Shown here in pieces: positions 22,941 through 33,829 of a stretch of DNA of 61,670 nucleotides. The position numbers and the translations under genes were made by a program. The notes under the pieces are model-generated. The model had not been told where the DNA came from. It ran no database searches and saw only the letters and a program-made list of their open reading frames with translations. This DNA is from Craspedostauros australis (taxonomy: Eukaryota): NCBI GenBank assembly GCA_030167865.1, contig JALAGF010002221.1, forward strand, positions 1 to 61,670, given 5' to 3'. How positions within the stretch are numbered: position 1 is the stretch's first letter; each line of letters opens with the position of its first letter.

Positions 22941-24074
22941 TTAATCGAAGGTAATCTTCTTTCCTTTGAACGCCACGATGCCGCTCTGCTGCGACTGCTT
23001 GGCAGCCCAAGACGGATGCGCCTGGGCCGCGTCCTTGCTCTCTGCTCGAGACTCAGCTGCTGCATTCTGTTGCTGCGATGATGATCTATTGTTGCCGTTC
23101 CCACTCGCGCTGCCACCAGGATGATGATGATGGTCGGTCGAGATGCGTTTGGGATCCTTCTTGCGCGTCTTCTCCATCTCCTCTTTGGCTGTGCGCCAAT
23201 CTACCGGCTCGTAGGGCTTGCCCTCCTTCTTCGCCTGCAGCGCCATGGCCCTGGCCTTGCGCGCTCTCTGCCCGGGACGGTTCTTCTTGGTGGGAGCCTC
23301 AGGCAGGGGGTCGCCGTTCTCATCGAGACCAACCTCATTGGCATCATTCATGTCATCGCCACCCAGACTGAAGAACAGACTCGAGTTGCTCGTCAGCGCC
23401 TCCCTCACACTGCTGTCCGCAGCACCATCGCCCCTTCGCTTCTTCTTTTGCGCATTTCCCTTGGCATCAGCCTCTGCATCGGTGCGTTCGTACTTCTCGA
23501 GCATGCTCAAACACCACCGGCGATACTCGATGATCTTGGCATTCCAACCTTCCAGGCACTTTTCCATCTTCTTGTGCCGCAGCACCTTTTTGATTTTGGG
23601 CATGAACTCCTCCGCTGCGGCATGGTCGCTGCTGGTCTCGTCCGTCTTGGCGTCGCGCTGTTCCCAATTGGGATTGAGATGCTCCAATCCTAACTGCTTG
23701 ATGGACTGCTGCACGATACAATCCAACGGCATCGCCTTCCAATGTCCCAATTCCGTCTCGTTGCGCTTGATGTTGCTGTGCTGGTCCTTGTCATCATCCG
23801 CTTGCTGCTCTTTGATCTTGCGAATGACCTTCTGGCATTCGAAGGACCTCACCAGCTTGGCATTCTTAAGGAGATCCTTGCGTGCCGCGTACACCATCTT
23901 GTCGTAACGTTCCTGCTTCCATTCTTCTTCCAATTCCTGGCGGCTCTTGGCATCCGGTCGGCGTCGTTTCTTTTTCTTCTTCTTGTTGTGGTTTTGCGGC
24001 TTCTTCTTTATCTGCCGTGCCGTGTTCTTGCTGATGCCATCCTTCGCGGCGGCTGTGGAATCATCCATTGTCAT
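22941..24074 (-). CDS. BUD22: BUD22/SRFBP1-family ribosome biogenesis protein
   Basis: KKNRPGQRARKA, HPSWAAK and terminal FKGKKITFD. The ORF is open to 24383, so the start is uncertain. Confidence 0.85.
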   Translation of the reverse strand: MTMDDSTAAAKDGISKNTARQIKKKPQNHNKKKKKKRRRPDAKSRQELEEEWKQERYDKMVYAARKDLLKNAKLVRSFECQKVIRKIKEQQADDDKDQHSNIKRNETELGHWKAMPLDCIVQQSIKQLGLEHLNPNWEQRDAKTDETSSDHAAAEEFMPKIKKVLRHKKMEKCLEGWNAKIIEYRRWCLSMLEKYERTDAEADAKGNAQKKKRRGDGAADSSVREALTSNSSLFFSLGGDDMNDANEVGLDENGDPLPEAPTKKNRPGQRARKARAMALQAKKEGKPYEPVDWRTAKEEMEKTRKKDPKRISTDHHHHPGGSASGNGNNRSSSQQQNAAAESRAESKDAAQAHPSWAAKQSQQSGIVAFKGKKITFD

Positions 24075-24767
24075 TGCCGCTGTCTTCGTCGTCGGGAAGT
24101 TCAGTGGCAGCAACGCGTCTCTCGTGAAAGAGTGTACCTCGTACGGGCTGCGAATCCGAGGAGAGTGTGATTGTCGGAGTGAGTGCCTGGAGGATGCTAC
24201 TGTTGCAGATGTTGGTGGTGACGAGGTTGCGAGATGTTGGTTTCGCAGACGCGTTGGCGCCAAAATTGGTTGGTCTCCACCGTCATGTCGCATACGACAT
24301 GAAGAAGACATATTGGATGCCATGTCAGTCGAAGTGGTCATATGACACCCGGTTGTTCTCTTTTCGCTTCGGGAACAGAACAAAGGCGAAAGTGCCGCGC
24401 CAGAAGCAGATGTGCGAAGCAGCGGAGAAGTTGAGGAGTATCAACGAGGGAACAAGCAGGGCCACGGAGAAAAGTTGGAAAACAAGACCGAATCTCTTGC
24501 ACGTGTTTTGTGTGCCTGCGCGAGGAAGAGGTCACGTCTTTGACATTCATCAAAATGCCCGACCACGAAACGGGAAAGACTGTTGCTTCCCTCTTGTCCG
24601 TGGTGCGGCCAAAGAACCTCTGCGACCTGCTTCCTTCCCTGCCATCACTTCTTCCGTTCCTTCTTCCACAATTCCAAAGCAGAGAGCTTCCCGCCAACAG
24701 TCACAGTCGCAACCAAGCAAGAGCAAGACCAAGTATAGCACTATTTTCAAGCTCCTGTCAAAGCACC

Positions 24768-26347
24768 ATGAGATCTATTCCTACTTCCATGATACGGCAA
24801 CGATGGGCCTCCGTTGTTGGGTCGAGTCTTCGCGCCACAGGCACCGCAGCTGACCGAGGAATCGCAACAGCAGCGACAAGCCAGCTTTCGCACAGCTTCT
24901 CCAATGGCTCGACTCTCTCGAGAACGACCGCCGACGTGCGATGGTACTCTCACTCCATCATGAGGGCGGAACCGCTGTCTGGCACATCCGAACAGACCAT
25001 GAGCGATTGGTTCGGAACGACCAACACGCCACCCACCACAACCTGCGCCGATGGTAGCTGCGAGGGCGAGGCGGAACCAGGTTCCAAGGCATTCCTGCAG
25101 TGCGACCGCGAGGCACTCATCGATCTCTTTCACAAGTACGCCCTGGACAGCGATGTCAGCGGCCGGTACTTGGACCGCGATGGTCTCTCGGCCATTCTCA
25201 AGTCCGTGGGCGAATCCTGCACGGACCAGATGCTGGAGGATCTCTTCCAAGCTTCCGATGTCACCAAGAATGGCCTGATCACGTTGGAGGTAAGTTCTGT
25301 GGTGTTGCGTTGTGTTGTGTTGCGATTAGATTAGATTAGATTAGATTAGATTAGGTGTTGAGGCTGCTGCTCCTGTTATTGCTCGATCGATCGAATAGAG
25401 CACGAGTAAGAGGACATGGTTGCCTCTGTGATGTATTGTATGTATTCGAAAGACGGTTTATGATGATAATCTGGTTGGATATGCGCCTGTGCAGCGCATT
25501 GACCTCACACATGAACAACTCTCCCATCGCATTCACTTGTCTTCAACTCGAATTCTTGTCCGTACCTGCTTCCTCCTGTCCATTCATGCAAACATTCTTG
25601 CTCTTGTGCTCTATTCTTTCTTGTGTTCTTGCGACCCAGGAATTCCTCGTCAGTTCAGACAAGATCTTGGGCGATGCACCAGCGCGTGTCGTCTTGATCG
25701 TCGGAGGACCAGGATCCGGCAAAGGACTGCTGTCACAGAGGCTGGAGAAGGACTGCGGCGTGGTCCATCTCAGCAGCGGAGATCTGCTTCGTGACGAAGT
25801 GCGAAGAGGCACTGTGCTGGGACAGGAAGTCAGTGACATCATGGCACGCGGTGAGCTGGTCAGTAGCGCCGTCATCGTCACGCTGATGCGTCGCGTCATG
25901 CGCAATCATCCCGGCAAGCGCGTGTTGCTCGATGGCTTCCCACGCAGTCTGCAGAACGCGCAGGATCTCGTCACGCTGTGCGGCGTGCCGGAACTGGCGC
26001 TACATCTGGAGTGCGACGACACCATCCTCATGGAACGCATCCTCTCGCGCGGCAACCAAGCCAAGGACGAAGGCGACGGATCCAAGCGCAGCGACGACAA
26101 CGTCCACACGGCGTTGAAGCGGCTGCGGACGTACCACAAGTACCATCATCAGACGATGGAGTGGCTGAGAGAACAGCACGTGCCCGTGGTCAATCTCGAT
26201 TGTTCCGGAACACCGGAGCAGGTTTGGGAGCAGCTCGAGGCGATCGGTCGGTTGATGCGACCGGCAACGAGAATTCCGCACGGTGCCGGAGATGGCCTCG
26301 CGGGTGTTGTTGAATCTGCCTTTCCCAACGACGAGAGAGTGGCGTAG
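24768..26347 (+). CDS. EF-hand-containing adenylate/UMP-CMP kinase with mitochondrial-type presequence, 2 exons (24768-25289, 25640-26347), ~409 aa
   Basis: P-loop GGPGSGKG, HLSSGDLLR, LLDGFPRS and short LID RSDDN. Splicing GTAAGT(25290)..CAG(25639) completes the EF-hand DVTKNGLITLE|E. N-terminus is R/S-rich and acid-poor. Confidence 0.87.
25324..25353 (+). repeat. (GATTA)6 pentanucleotide microsatellite in kinase intron
   Basis: Direct reading. Confidence 0.9.
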
Positions 26348-27319
26348 AGCAGCGTAGAGTAGAGTAGAGTATGCTCGATCAATCGAATAGAACAGCGATC
26401 GCATTTCATGAATGAAGACGCCCTTCCAATCTCGTAGATGAGAGTGGCCTGACACTGCCGCGAAGAGACCGTCGCGCTCCTCCATCATTTGTTCATCAAT
26501 GTTCTTCTCAGGTTACAAACATGTGCACGAGAACCGCTCCAGCGTCGGCATGTCAACAAGCCACATGTTTGGGAAGTATTGTAGAATATGATGGTATGGT
26601 CTCTCAACTAAACTTGATGCATATATGCAGTGCAGGTTTGAAGTTGCAGCGACTAGATCGTACAGGAGATTGTTCTGCTCGTCTCGCAGCGTTGAACGAG
26701 GTATAGTCCAGTCGAGTACTCGAGGGTGTGTATTGATAGAAGCCCGCTGCTTCATTAATGTTCCAGTCCACGAGTATGTCACCCTCTTATCGCAATCGTA
26801 TGAGTATTAGTATTAGTACAACTTAAGTTCGAGTTGGGCGATCTTTTGTATTAAGCTCATGTTCACAAGGTGCAGGTTTGGACAGGTTTAGACGGGCTTG
26901 GTTGCATACTACCATCAATACTCGAAGGTGATCCCATCATGTCATGGAATATGTCTTGCCTGCCACCCTCATACAACTAACTACCTATCCTTGTCTCGTA
27001 CGCCTCCAACCACAGCCACACTGACGATCGTCGCATTCTCAGCGAGGGTGAGTGGAATGGGTGGTCGTGTTTGGATCATTTCCGTCTGCACATTTTTTGC
27101 GCCAAAATCACGAACACGCCATCGTTCCCAACAACCATCTTCGTTTTCGTTGCCAATCCCATTCACAACCCAGCACGCTCACAACCCAGCAAGCACACAA
27201 ACCTCATTAGACACCAAACCACAACCAGGACATCTTCTATTCGAGCGAGATCCTTTCCGAAAAAGAAACAACCAGCCAGATCACAAGATAGACCTATTGC
27301 AATCGCAGCAGTACCACCA

Positions 27320-27376
27320 ACAGCAATAGCAACAGCAATAGCAACAGCAATAGCAACAGCAATAGCGACAGCAACA
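27320..27376 (+). repeat. CAGCAA/TAGCAA hexamer tandem repeat immediately upstream of ATAD1 ATG
   Basis: cagcaatagcaacagcaatagcaa... read directly. Confidence 0.75.
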
Positions 27377-27378
27377 TC

Positions 27379-29172
27379 ATGTCGTTCGCCGCAGCATCGT
27401 CGTGGATGACGCTCATGGAAGACCAGCTGAAGACCTTCGTCAACAGCGCGGTTGCAAGCAATGCGTCGTCTCCCTCCATCCCCAGCCTTTCGGTACCGGA
27501 CGCTTTCTCTTCCTCAGAAGGGTCGTCAGCATCATCATCAGCATCATCGGGCCCCTCCACAAAGCCTATATTCACGAAACGAAACACCAAGGAAGATCCC
27601 AAGGACTCCGCAGAAGCTGTCATCATCGGCTTCGTGCTGGAGCTCGGCGTGCTCATCATCGGAGGCTTTCTCGCATCATGGTTCGTCAACAAACTCATCA
27701 GCAACCAACACCAATCCCTCGACGACGCCAAGGCCTCCACGGCGGCGGAAGCCCGGTTGTCAAAGATCATGACGCAGCGCGGGCGTCCTGGACTGCCAGC
27801 GCTGACGCAGTACGAGAGCATGATGGCGCAGGACGTGGTCAATGCCAGGGAACTCAAGGTGGGGTTCAAGGACATTGGTGGTCTCGACGATTTCAAGCAG
27901 GAGATCTGGGAGCTCGCTGTCTTGCCTCTGCAACGTCCCGATCTCTTCTCCACGGACTTGTTGCAGCAGCCAGGAGGCATCCTCTTGTACGGACCGCCGG
28001 GAACCGGAAAGACCATGATCGCCAAGGCCATCGCTAAGGAGGCGGATGCGACCTTCATCTCCATCAAGCTCAGCAAGATCATGAACAAGTGGTTCGGTGA
28101 ATCCAACAAGCTCATCGATGCCACATTCTCGTTGGCGCTCAAGCTGTCGCCGTCTATTATCTTCATCGATGAATTGGATACCTTCCTCAATCCACGAGGT
28201 GAGCCATCGCATACCATGTGCACGTTGCAAGAGATTGCATCCGCGCCGTACTCGTTGGTCGATTGGTTTGATCGTCCAGAGTGTTGAACCGAGCAACTCA
28301 CTTTCTCATTCATTCATTCATGCTTACATCCATGCTTACATTCATTCGTCTGCACCTACGCTGTCAATCACTGGCGTCCCGTCTCCGTCATTGCGATGTA
28401 TTGGCATGATACCAACATTCTATGTTGTCACTCGACAACACTACCGATATCAATATCAACACTGGCACCATTTCCGTGATGCGCAGACGGAACGGAAGGC
28501 AGCGCCGGCAACGCCATCAAGGCAGAATTCCTCACTCTCTGGGATGGACTCAACACACAGGAGGGCAAGATCTTGGTCCTCGGCGCCACCAATCGGCCCA
28601 ACCACGTCGATGGTGCCATCCTCAGGCGGTTGCCGCGCATGTTCAGGATCGGCCTCCCCAACCCGGCGGGACGTTTGCAAATCCTCAAACTCACCCTCGG
28701 AAACCATCCCGTCGAAGACGAAGTCACTGATTTCCTGCCGGAGCTGTCGAAAATCACACGTGGATATTCCGGCAGCGACCTCAAGGAGTTGTGCAAATGC
28801 GCGGCGTTGGAATCGGTCCGCGAGATGATCCGTGACACAGCCAGAAAGGCGGTGCGCGAAGGTCCCACCGCGACAGTAGACGACGACACAGCAAAGGAAC
28901 AGACGAAAAAGCCGAAGCTGCGTCCCATGAAAATTGCCGACATCAAGGTGGCGCTGACGAAGGTCAAGAAGACAGGTCAGGCTGCGGCGGAGTATGACGC
29001 CTCGCGACAATCCACGAATCCCAGTGCAGGAGCCGACGATGCGAAGACGCAGGCGATGCTTAAGAGCATGATCCCGCTCCTTCGCATGCTGTCGACGAGT
29101 ACTCAGCTGGATAATGGCGAAGACGATGAAAAGAGCGACGGGGACGGCAATGCGATTCCAGAAATTGAATGA
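27379..29172 (+). CDS. ATAD1: Msp1/ATAD1 membrane-anchored AAA+ ATPase, 2 exons (27379-28198, 28487-29172), ~501 aa
   Basis: N-terminal TM segment; FKDIGGL, Walker A GPPGTGKT, KWFGESNKL and Walker B IIFIDELD. The spliced product gives KAEFLTLWDG, VLGATNRP and GYSGSDLKELC. Confidence 0.9.
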
Positions 29173-29403
29173 GGAACTACATACACACTAGCAGCTCACC
29201 AGGACATACGATACTCGTGTGTCTATCTACGGGACACACGTGCGACAACAATAATTGGACAGTAATGTAATCGAGTGATCGTTGCTCTGTTGTTGTTGTT
29301 TTTTTTTGCAAAACTCCATTCGATCCTCCTTCGTGGACTTTACATTCGTCCTCCAAAATGTATTATATGATAGGAGGTGGAGGAAATTTCACCTTATCGC
29401 CAC

Positions 29404-30930
29404 CTACTGCCACCGATTCAACAGAAGTGGGCCGTGTAGGAATGCGTAAAGGATGTCATGTGCAAGATTCCCGGAGCCTCTTTCCTTGGCGTCGGGATAC
29501 TCAATGTGCCAAGCAATGCGATTGGCCCGTGATAGCACCGTCGGCCACACAGATGTGGGGATGTGGTGCTCGGTTTTCAGCAGCACGCGCCCGGCGCGAT
29601 TCATGGCGGTGACTCTTTGGATGTCGGAGTACAGCATCGCGGTGTTGTTGAGTTCCATGGCACGGATGGAAGTGTTGCCTTGAATACCGTCCAGGATGAT
29701 CCTTCCCGTCGTTTTCTGTCGGATGGCATTGTTAAGCAAGTACAGCTTTTGCAATCCTTGTATTCGCGGCAACATGCTGGCGATGTATCGAAAGCCTTCA
29801 TCTTCAAAAGCGTTGTTGTTCAGGTCCAGAACGCTCAAGGTTGTGTTGAATTCTGTGAGAGTGCACAACAACGGCCGCAAATCTTCGAGCTGGAGCCTGT
29901 TCCTGCCGAGCTTGAGAATTTGGAGCTTTGTGTTGCGTTGCAATGACGCAGCGATGACCTCCATGTTTAGCTTGTGCAGTTCATCGTTTGGATCAGCGGT
30001 CTGCCGTGTCGCGTCCACCTTTTGGTGACTGAGATTCAACGATACGAGCTGCGTGGTTGGATGGGCCAGCAGACCTGCCAATGCCACGGAACCACTTGCG
30101 TGGCAGGCATTGAGCGTGAGGACCAGATGCTCCAGCCGCGGATGACCCGTGAGCGCGCTGAGGATCATGCAGACCTGATCATCCGCGAGGTAGCATGCAC
30201 CAAGATCCAGCGAACGTACGGTGGTGTTGGCGGACAACGCGGCCGCGAATGCATCAACGCCGTCGTTGTCGAATCTGCAAAAGTTGAGAACCAGTTCGGT
30301 GACATGGTTATTGTTGCGCAGGCCGTGGAAGAATGCGCGAGCTCCGTCGCCCTTGAGATGTTCCCGTTTCAAATTCAAGGACGTGAGGTTGTTGGTGCTG
30401 GTGATGGAGCTGCGGCCCAGGAACTCGCCCAAACTCGCCAATCCATGATCCCTCGTGTTGTTGTGATTGAGGAGGAGCTTCTTGCAGCGTATCGAACCGG
30501 CCGCGAATGCTCGAAAGAGCTCCGAATCGTCAGATTCTAAGCCCGTGCAGCCAATGATCGAAATCATCTCCCACGTCCGCTGCACCATCGGTTGACCACC
30601 GCTATCAGCACTATCTTCCTTGCCAGCACCGATGGACGAGCGTGGTACCTTCGAAGTGAGCAACCGAACCAAGGAGGAAGCGACTTCGTCCGTGATTTCC
30701 ACGAAGCGGAATTCGAGGGTGTCCACATGAGGCGAATTCTCTGCTTCTGTCAGCAGCATGCAGATGGTGGGCGCATCGAAGTACTCCTCACCCTCGAGGT
30801 CGATGTCGGGATAATGGAAATCATCAATGTGCAGTTTCGTCGTATTGGGGTACTTGCAACGGAACTTGGCCACCAAGTCGTCGACGTAGTCCTGCAGCGT
30901 GCTGTAATGTGCTGGGAGATTGAGCTTCAT
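29404..30930 (-). CDS. Ribonuclease-inhibitor-like leucine-rich repeat protein (diatom-expanded type)
   Basis: Repeated LxxLxLxxN units (VRSLDLGAC, LQILKLGRN, LSVLDLNNN, LQKLYLLNN). C-terminal NRAGR...VWPTVL...ILYAFL block. Confidence 0.82.
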   Translation of the reverse strand: MKLNLPAHYSTLQDYVDDLVAKFRCKYPNTTKLHIDDFHYPDIDLEGEEYFDAPTICMLLTEAENSPHVDTLEFRFVEITDEVASSLVRLLTSKVPRSSIGAGKEDSADSGGQPMVQRTWEMISIIGCTGLESDDSELFRAFAAGSIRCKKLLLNHNNTRDHGLASLGEFLGRSSITSTNNLTSLNLKREHLKGDGARAFFHGLRNNNHVTELVLNFCRFDNDGVDAFAAALSANTTVRSLDLGACYLADDQVCMILSALTGHPRLEHLVLTLNACHASGSVALAGLLAHPTTQLVSLNLSHQKVDATRQTADPNDELHKLNMEVIAASLQRNTKLQILKLGRNRLQLEDLRPLLCTLTEFNTTLSVLDLNNNAFEDEGFRYIASMLPRIQGLQKLYLLNNAIRQKTTGRIILDGIQGNTSIRAMELNNTAMLYSDIQRVTAMNRAGRVLLKTEHHIPTSVWPTVLSRANRIAWHIEYPDAKERGSGNLAHDILYAFLHGPLLLNRWQ

Positions 30931-31470
30931 GATGGCTGATCCTTTGATTGTGTGACGATGAAGCGGCCTCTTCCTCTCTTGAGGCTGATCCTGCGTCTCT
31001 GTCTGGGTATGGTATGGTATGGCGCGGTACGGTACGGCACGGTACCTCTCTGGAGTACTCTGTCGCTTTCTTCCTCTTGAATTCTTTTCGTCTTGGAATG
31101 GAGGTTCGATTTGCGCAACTCGGCTGAAATCAACGTACGTACAGCAGGCAACTCAACTCGATCCAATGATGTTGCCAACGATGTAGCCATCCAATACTCT
31201 TTGGTACGGTGCCACACACAGTCAGCCCTTCTCGTCAATCCTTTCTTTCTCGTTCCCTCTATCCCTTGTCACCTATTCATGAAGGTTCGAGTTGTGCAAC
31301 ATCACGACATGCCAAGATCGCGGCAGTCATGAGACCACAAGGAGAGAGAGACCACGGAGGAATCGCGGGTCGAGAACACAACTCCGCAGCATTGCCTGCT
31401 TTCTTGGAATGTTTGGTTCCTTTTGGTTGTTGTGATCACGTGAATCGTGATGTATCGTGACTGCACTTCA

Positions 31471-31482
31471 TGTGACGTCACA
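31471..31482. promoter_or_regulatory. TGTGACGTCACA palindrome (CRE/bZIP-type, contains aureochrome core TGACGT) in the divergent LRR/GT2 promoter
   Basis: Perfect 12-bp palindrome in intergenic DNA. Function inferred only. Confidence 0.35.
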
Positions 31483-31730
31483 ATAGCGTCATGATCGTGT
31501 TTCTGCGCGCGGAATTCGACGCGTGGTGATGATGTCTTCGCGATCTCCGCGATCGTGGAAATTGCGATGCACGCCACCGCCATCGTCGGAGATGGATCGA
31601 GGAGCATCTCATGTCATGCCTCTTCCACATGACGGCATTGCCACTCCCACTACGACCACCGACGATGCCCCAGGCTGTACCGGAATAGAGTACTCTGCAC
31701 CGCGACAACCAAGAAGAGGGACGAGGACGG

Positions 31731-33299
31731 ATGGCAGAGCATGACACAAATCAAGCGCAGAACAATAGCATGATGACGACTCCTGCCATGTCGCCGCAGA
31801 CGGTGGATGGTTGGTTGGAGGCGCTCAAGGGGACGTCATTGCCTTATCTCGTCGAGATAACTTTGTCATGGGTCATCACTGTAGCATTCTCCATTCGGTA
31901 CGTGCTCGGTTACGCCTTCCTTCTCGTCAGGATGCGATACCTCCGATCGCATCCAGAAAGATGGCACCAGCACGTGTCGCTGGCATCGGTCGCACACACC
32001 ACCGCCAGCAGATCGGAAGGTCGATCCGCATTGGCCCAGCAGCTCATTGAAGCGATATCGAAGCTACGACCTGGAAACAGCGAACCCAGCGATGACGATA
32101 TCGTCAACCTCTTTCAGTCCAACTTGGAGCTGCGGCAGTTGGCATCGAGATTGATGCTGCGAGTACAAAGACCGACGTCTTCGTTTGAGGATAGCCCTGG
32201 GAGGATCACGAACAATGAGCCACAGCACAACCAACACCAATCTACCAAGAATACATCGATCGAAGCAGAGGATCTGGTGCTGCGGCTTCAACGGTTGTGG
32301 CCGCGGCTCATGCAAATGCCACCGCCGACGGATCACAACGCAGACACCCCATCCCACAGCGCAAAGGTCATAAACGACGAATATTCAATATCTGTGATAA
32401 TCCCCGCTTTCCGCGAGAGCGCCGAGGATATCAATCGCACTCTTGCAATAGCGAAGCACCGCTGCTCCCGACCACAATCCATTCAGATCATCATCGCGCA
32501 TGCAGGAGGGTGCGCTGATCTTCATCAAGTGATGCAGGCGGAACGTGACGGCAACAGACTCTCCGTTTCGGATGATGGAACAACAATACCGAATTGGGGT
32601 GATCTACAATTGATTCGGCATTCCACTGGAGGCGGTCGAGGCAGATGCATGAACACTGGGGCAACACATGCTCGTGGCAGAGTCATCACATTCTTCCACG
32701 CCGACACAATACCACCCAGGAATTGGGATTCGTCCATTCTATCGGCACTTGGTTTTGCAAACAACAACAACAACAACAATAGCAGCAGCAGCAGTAGCAT
32801 CAAGGAAGTTTCCCCATCGCATCCCAGACCAACTTGCTGCGCATTTCTGCAGGATATCGATGCTTCGGACCACGCATTGAAGGGCGGGGGCTGTCCACCA
32901 GGCATCATCCCCGTCAGCGAGATTCTATGCTACTTGCGATGTCGACTTTGCAAGTTGCCATACGGCGATTCCTTGCTCTCCTTCCCTGCGAATATTTTTC
33001 ATTTCCTCGGTGGATTTCCGGATCAACCCCTAATGGAGGATTTTGAGATTATCTCGCAATTGCGCATTCGCTCACTGCTGCTCAATGAACGCATCGTGAT
33101 CATCCCAGGCAGAGCATGCTGTTCGGTGCGTCGGTGGCAGAAGTTCGGCGTCCCGTACACCATCCTGGTCAATGCGCTCTGCGTGCATCGGTACATCACC
33201 GGCACGACGGCCGACGAACTGTTTCAGTTTTATTATGGCAGGAATCAAGACGGCAAGCAGCAGAAGCAGCAGCAACAACAAATGAAGAAAACAGATTAG
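31731..33299 (+). CDS. Glycosyltransferase family 2, TIGR04283-like (paralogue 2)
   Basis: ISVIIPAFRE, GRGRCMNTGA, FFHADTIPP, LPYGDS, GGFPDQPLMEDFEI and CSVRRWQKFG. Collinear with 18679-20166. Confidence 0.82.
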   Translation: MAEHDTNQAQNNSMMTTPAMSPQTVDGWLEALKGTSLPYLVEITLSWVITVAFSIRYVLGYAFLLVRMRYLRSHPERWHQHVSLASVAHTTASRSEGRSALAQQLIEAISKLRPGNSEPSDDDIVNLFQSNLELRQLASRLMLRVQRPTSSFEDSPGRITNNEPQHNQHQSTKNTSIEAEDLVLRLQRLWPRLMQMPPPTDHNADTPSHSAKVINDEYSISVIIPAFRESAEDINRTLAIAKHRCSRPQSIQIIIAHAGGCADLHQVMQAERDGNRLSVSDDGTTIPNWGDLQLIRHSTGGGRGRCMNTGATHARGRVITFFHADTIPPRNWDSSILSALGFANNNNNNNSSSSSSIKEVSPSHPRPTCCAFLQDIDASDHALKGGGCPPGIIPVSEILCYLRCRLCKLPYGDSLLSFPANIFHFLGGFPDQPLMEDFEIISQLRIRSLLLNERIVIIPGRACCSVRRWQKFGVPYTILVNALCVHRYITGTTADELFQFYYGRNQDGKQQKQQQQQMKKTD

Positions 33300-33829
33300 A
33301 ACACACATACCGTACGATGTGATAGTCGCACACTATGTGCAGTCGCATCAAAGATTAGGTGAAGGGGAAAGTGGCTGAGATTTGTCATGGGATTGATACC
33401 CATACCGTACGTGCGTACGTACAGGAGGAGAAAACAATATTGCCTCATTTCGTGCGTCACAATTCTTGTGCGATGGCTGACGAGACAGAGCAAACGATAT
33501 GAACATGATCTACACTCGTGGAGGGGGAGAGTTCATCAGATGTGATGAAAGGCCATTCTCGATCTGTGATTCCATTCTACTATACTCCAAGTGTAGGGAT
33601 GTTATCAGTCAGCGTCCTCGTATTTCGGAATGAGAAGGAAAGAGGAAATGCAATTCATGTTGTTGGTCCATACTCGTGCTTCATCGCCTGAACAAGGAAG
33701 ATAGGAAGTAGGAACTTGTCAAAATATCGTATAATAGCTTAGTGAAGAGTGATTGGTTACGCAATTATGCAATGAATAGCGCATCCAAATTGTTCCAATT
33801 CATGCTCATACTCGTATTGGTGCTCCAAC

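Noticed and set aside
25324-25354. TTAGA repeats as an interstitial telomere
   Set aside because: The unit is TTAGA, not TTAGGG, and there are only six copies inside an intron.
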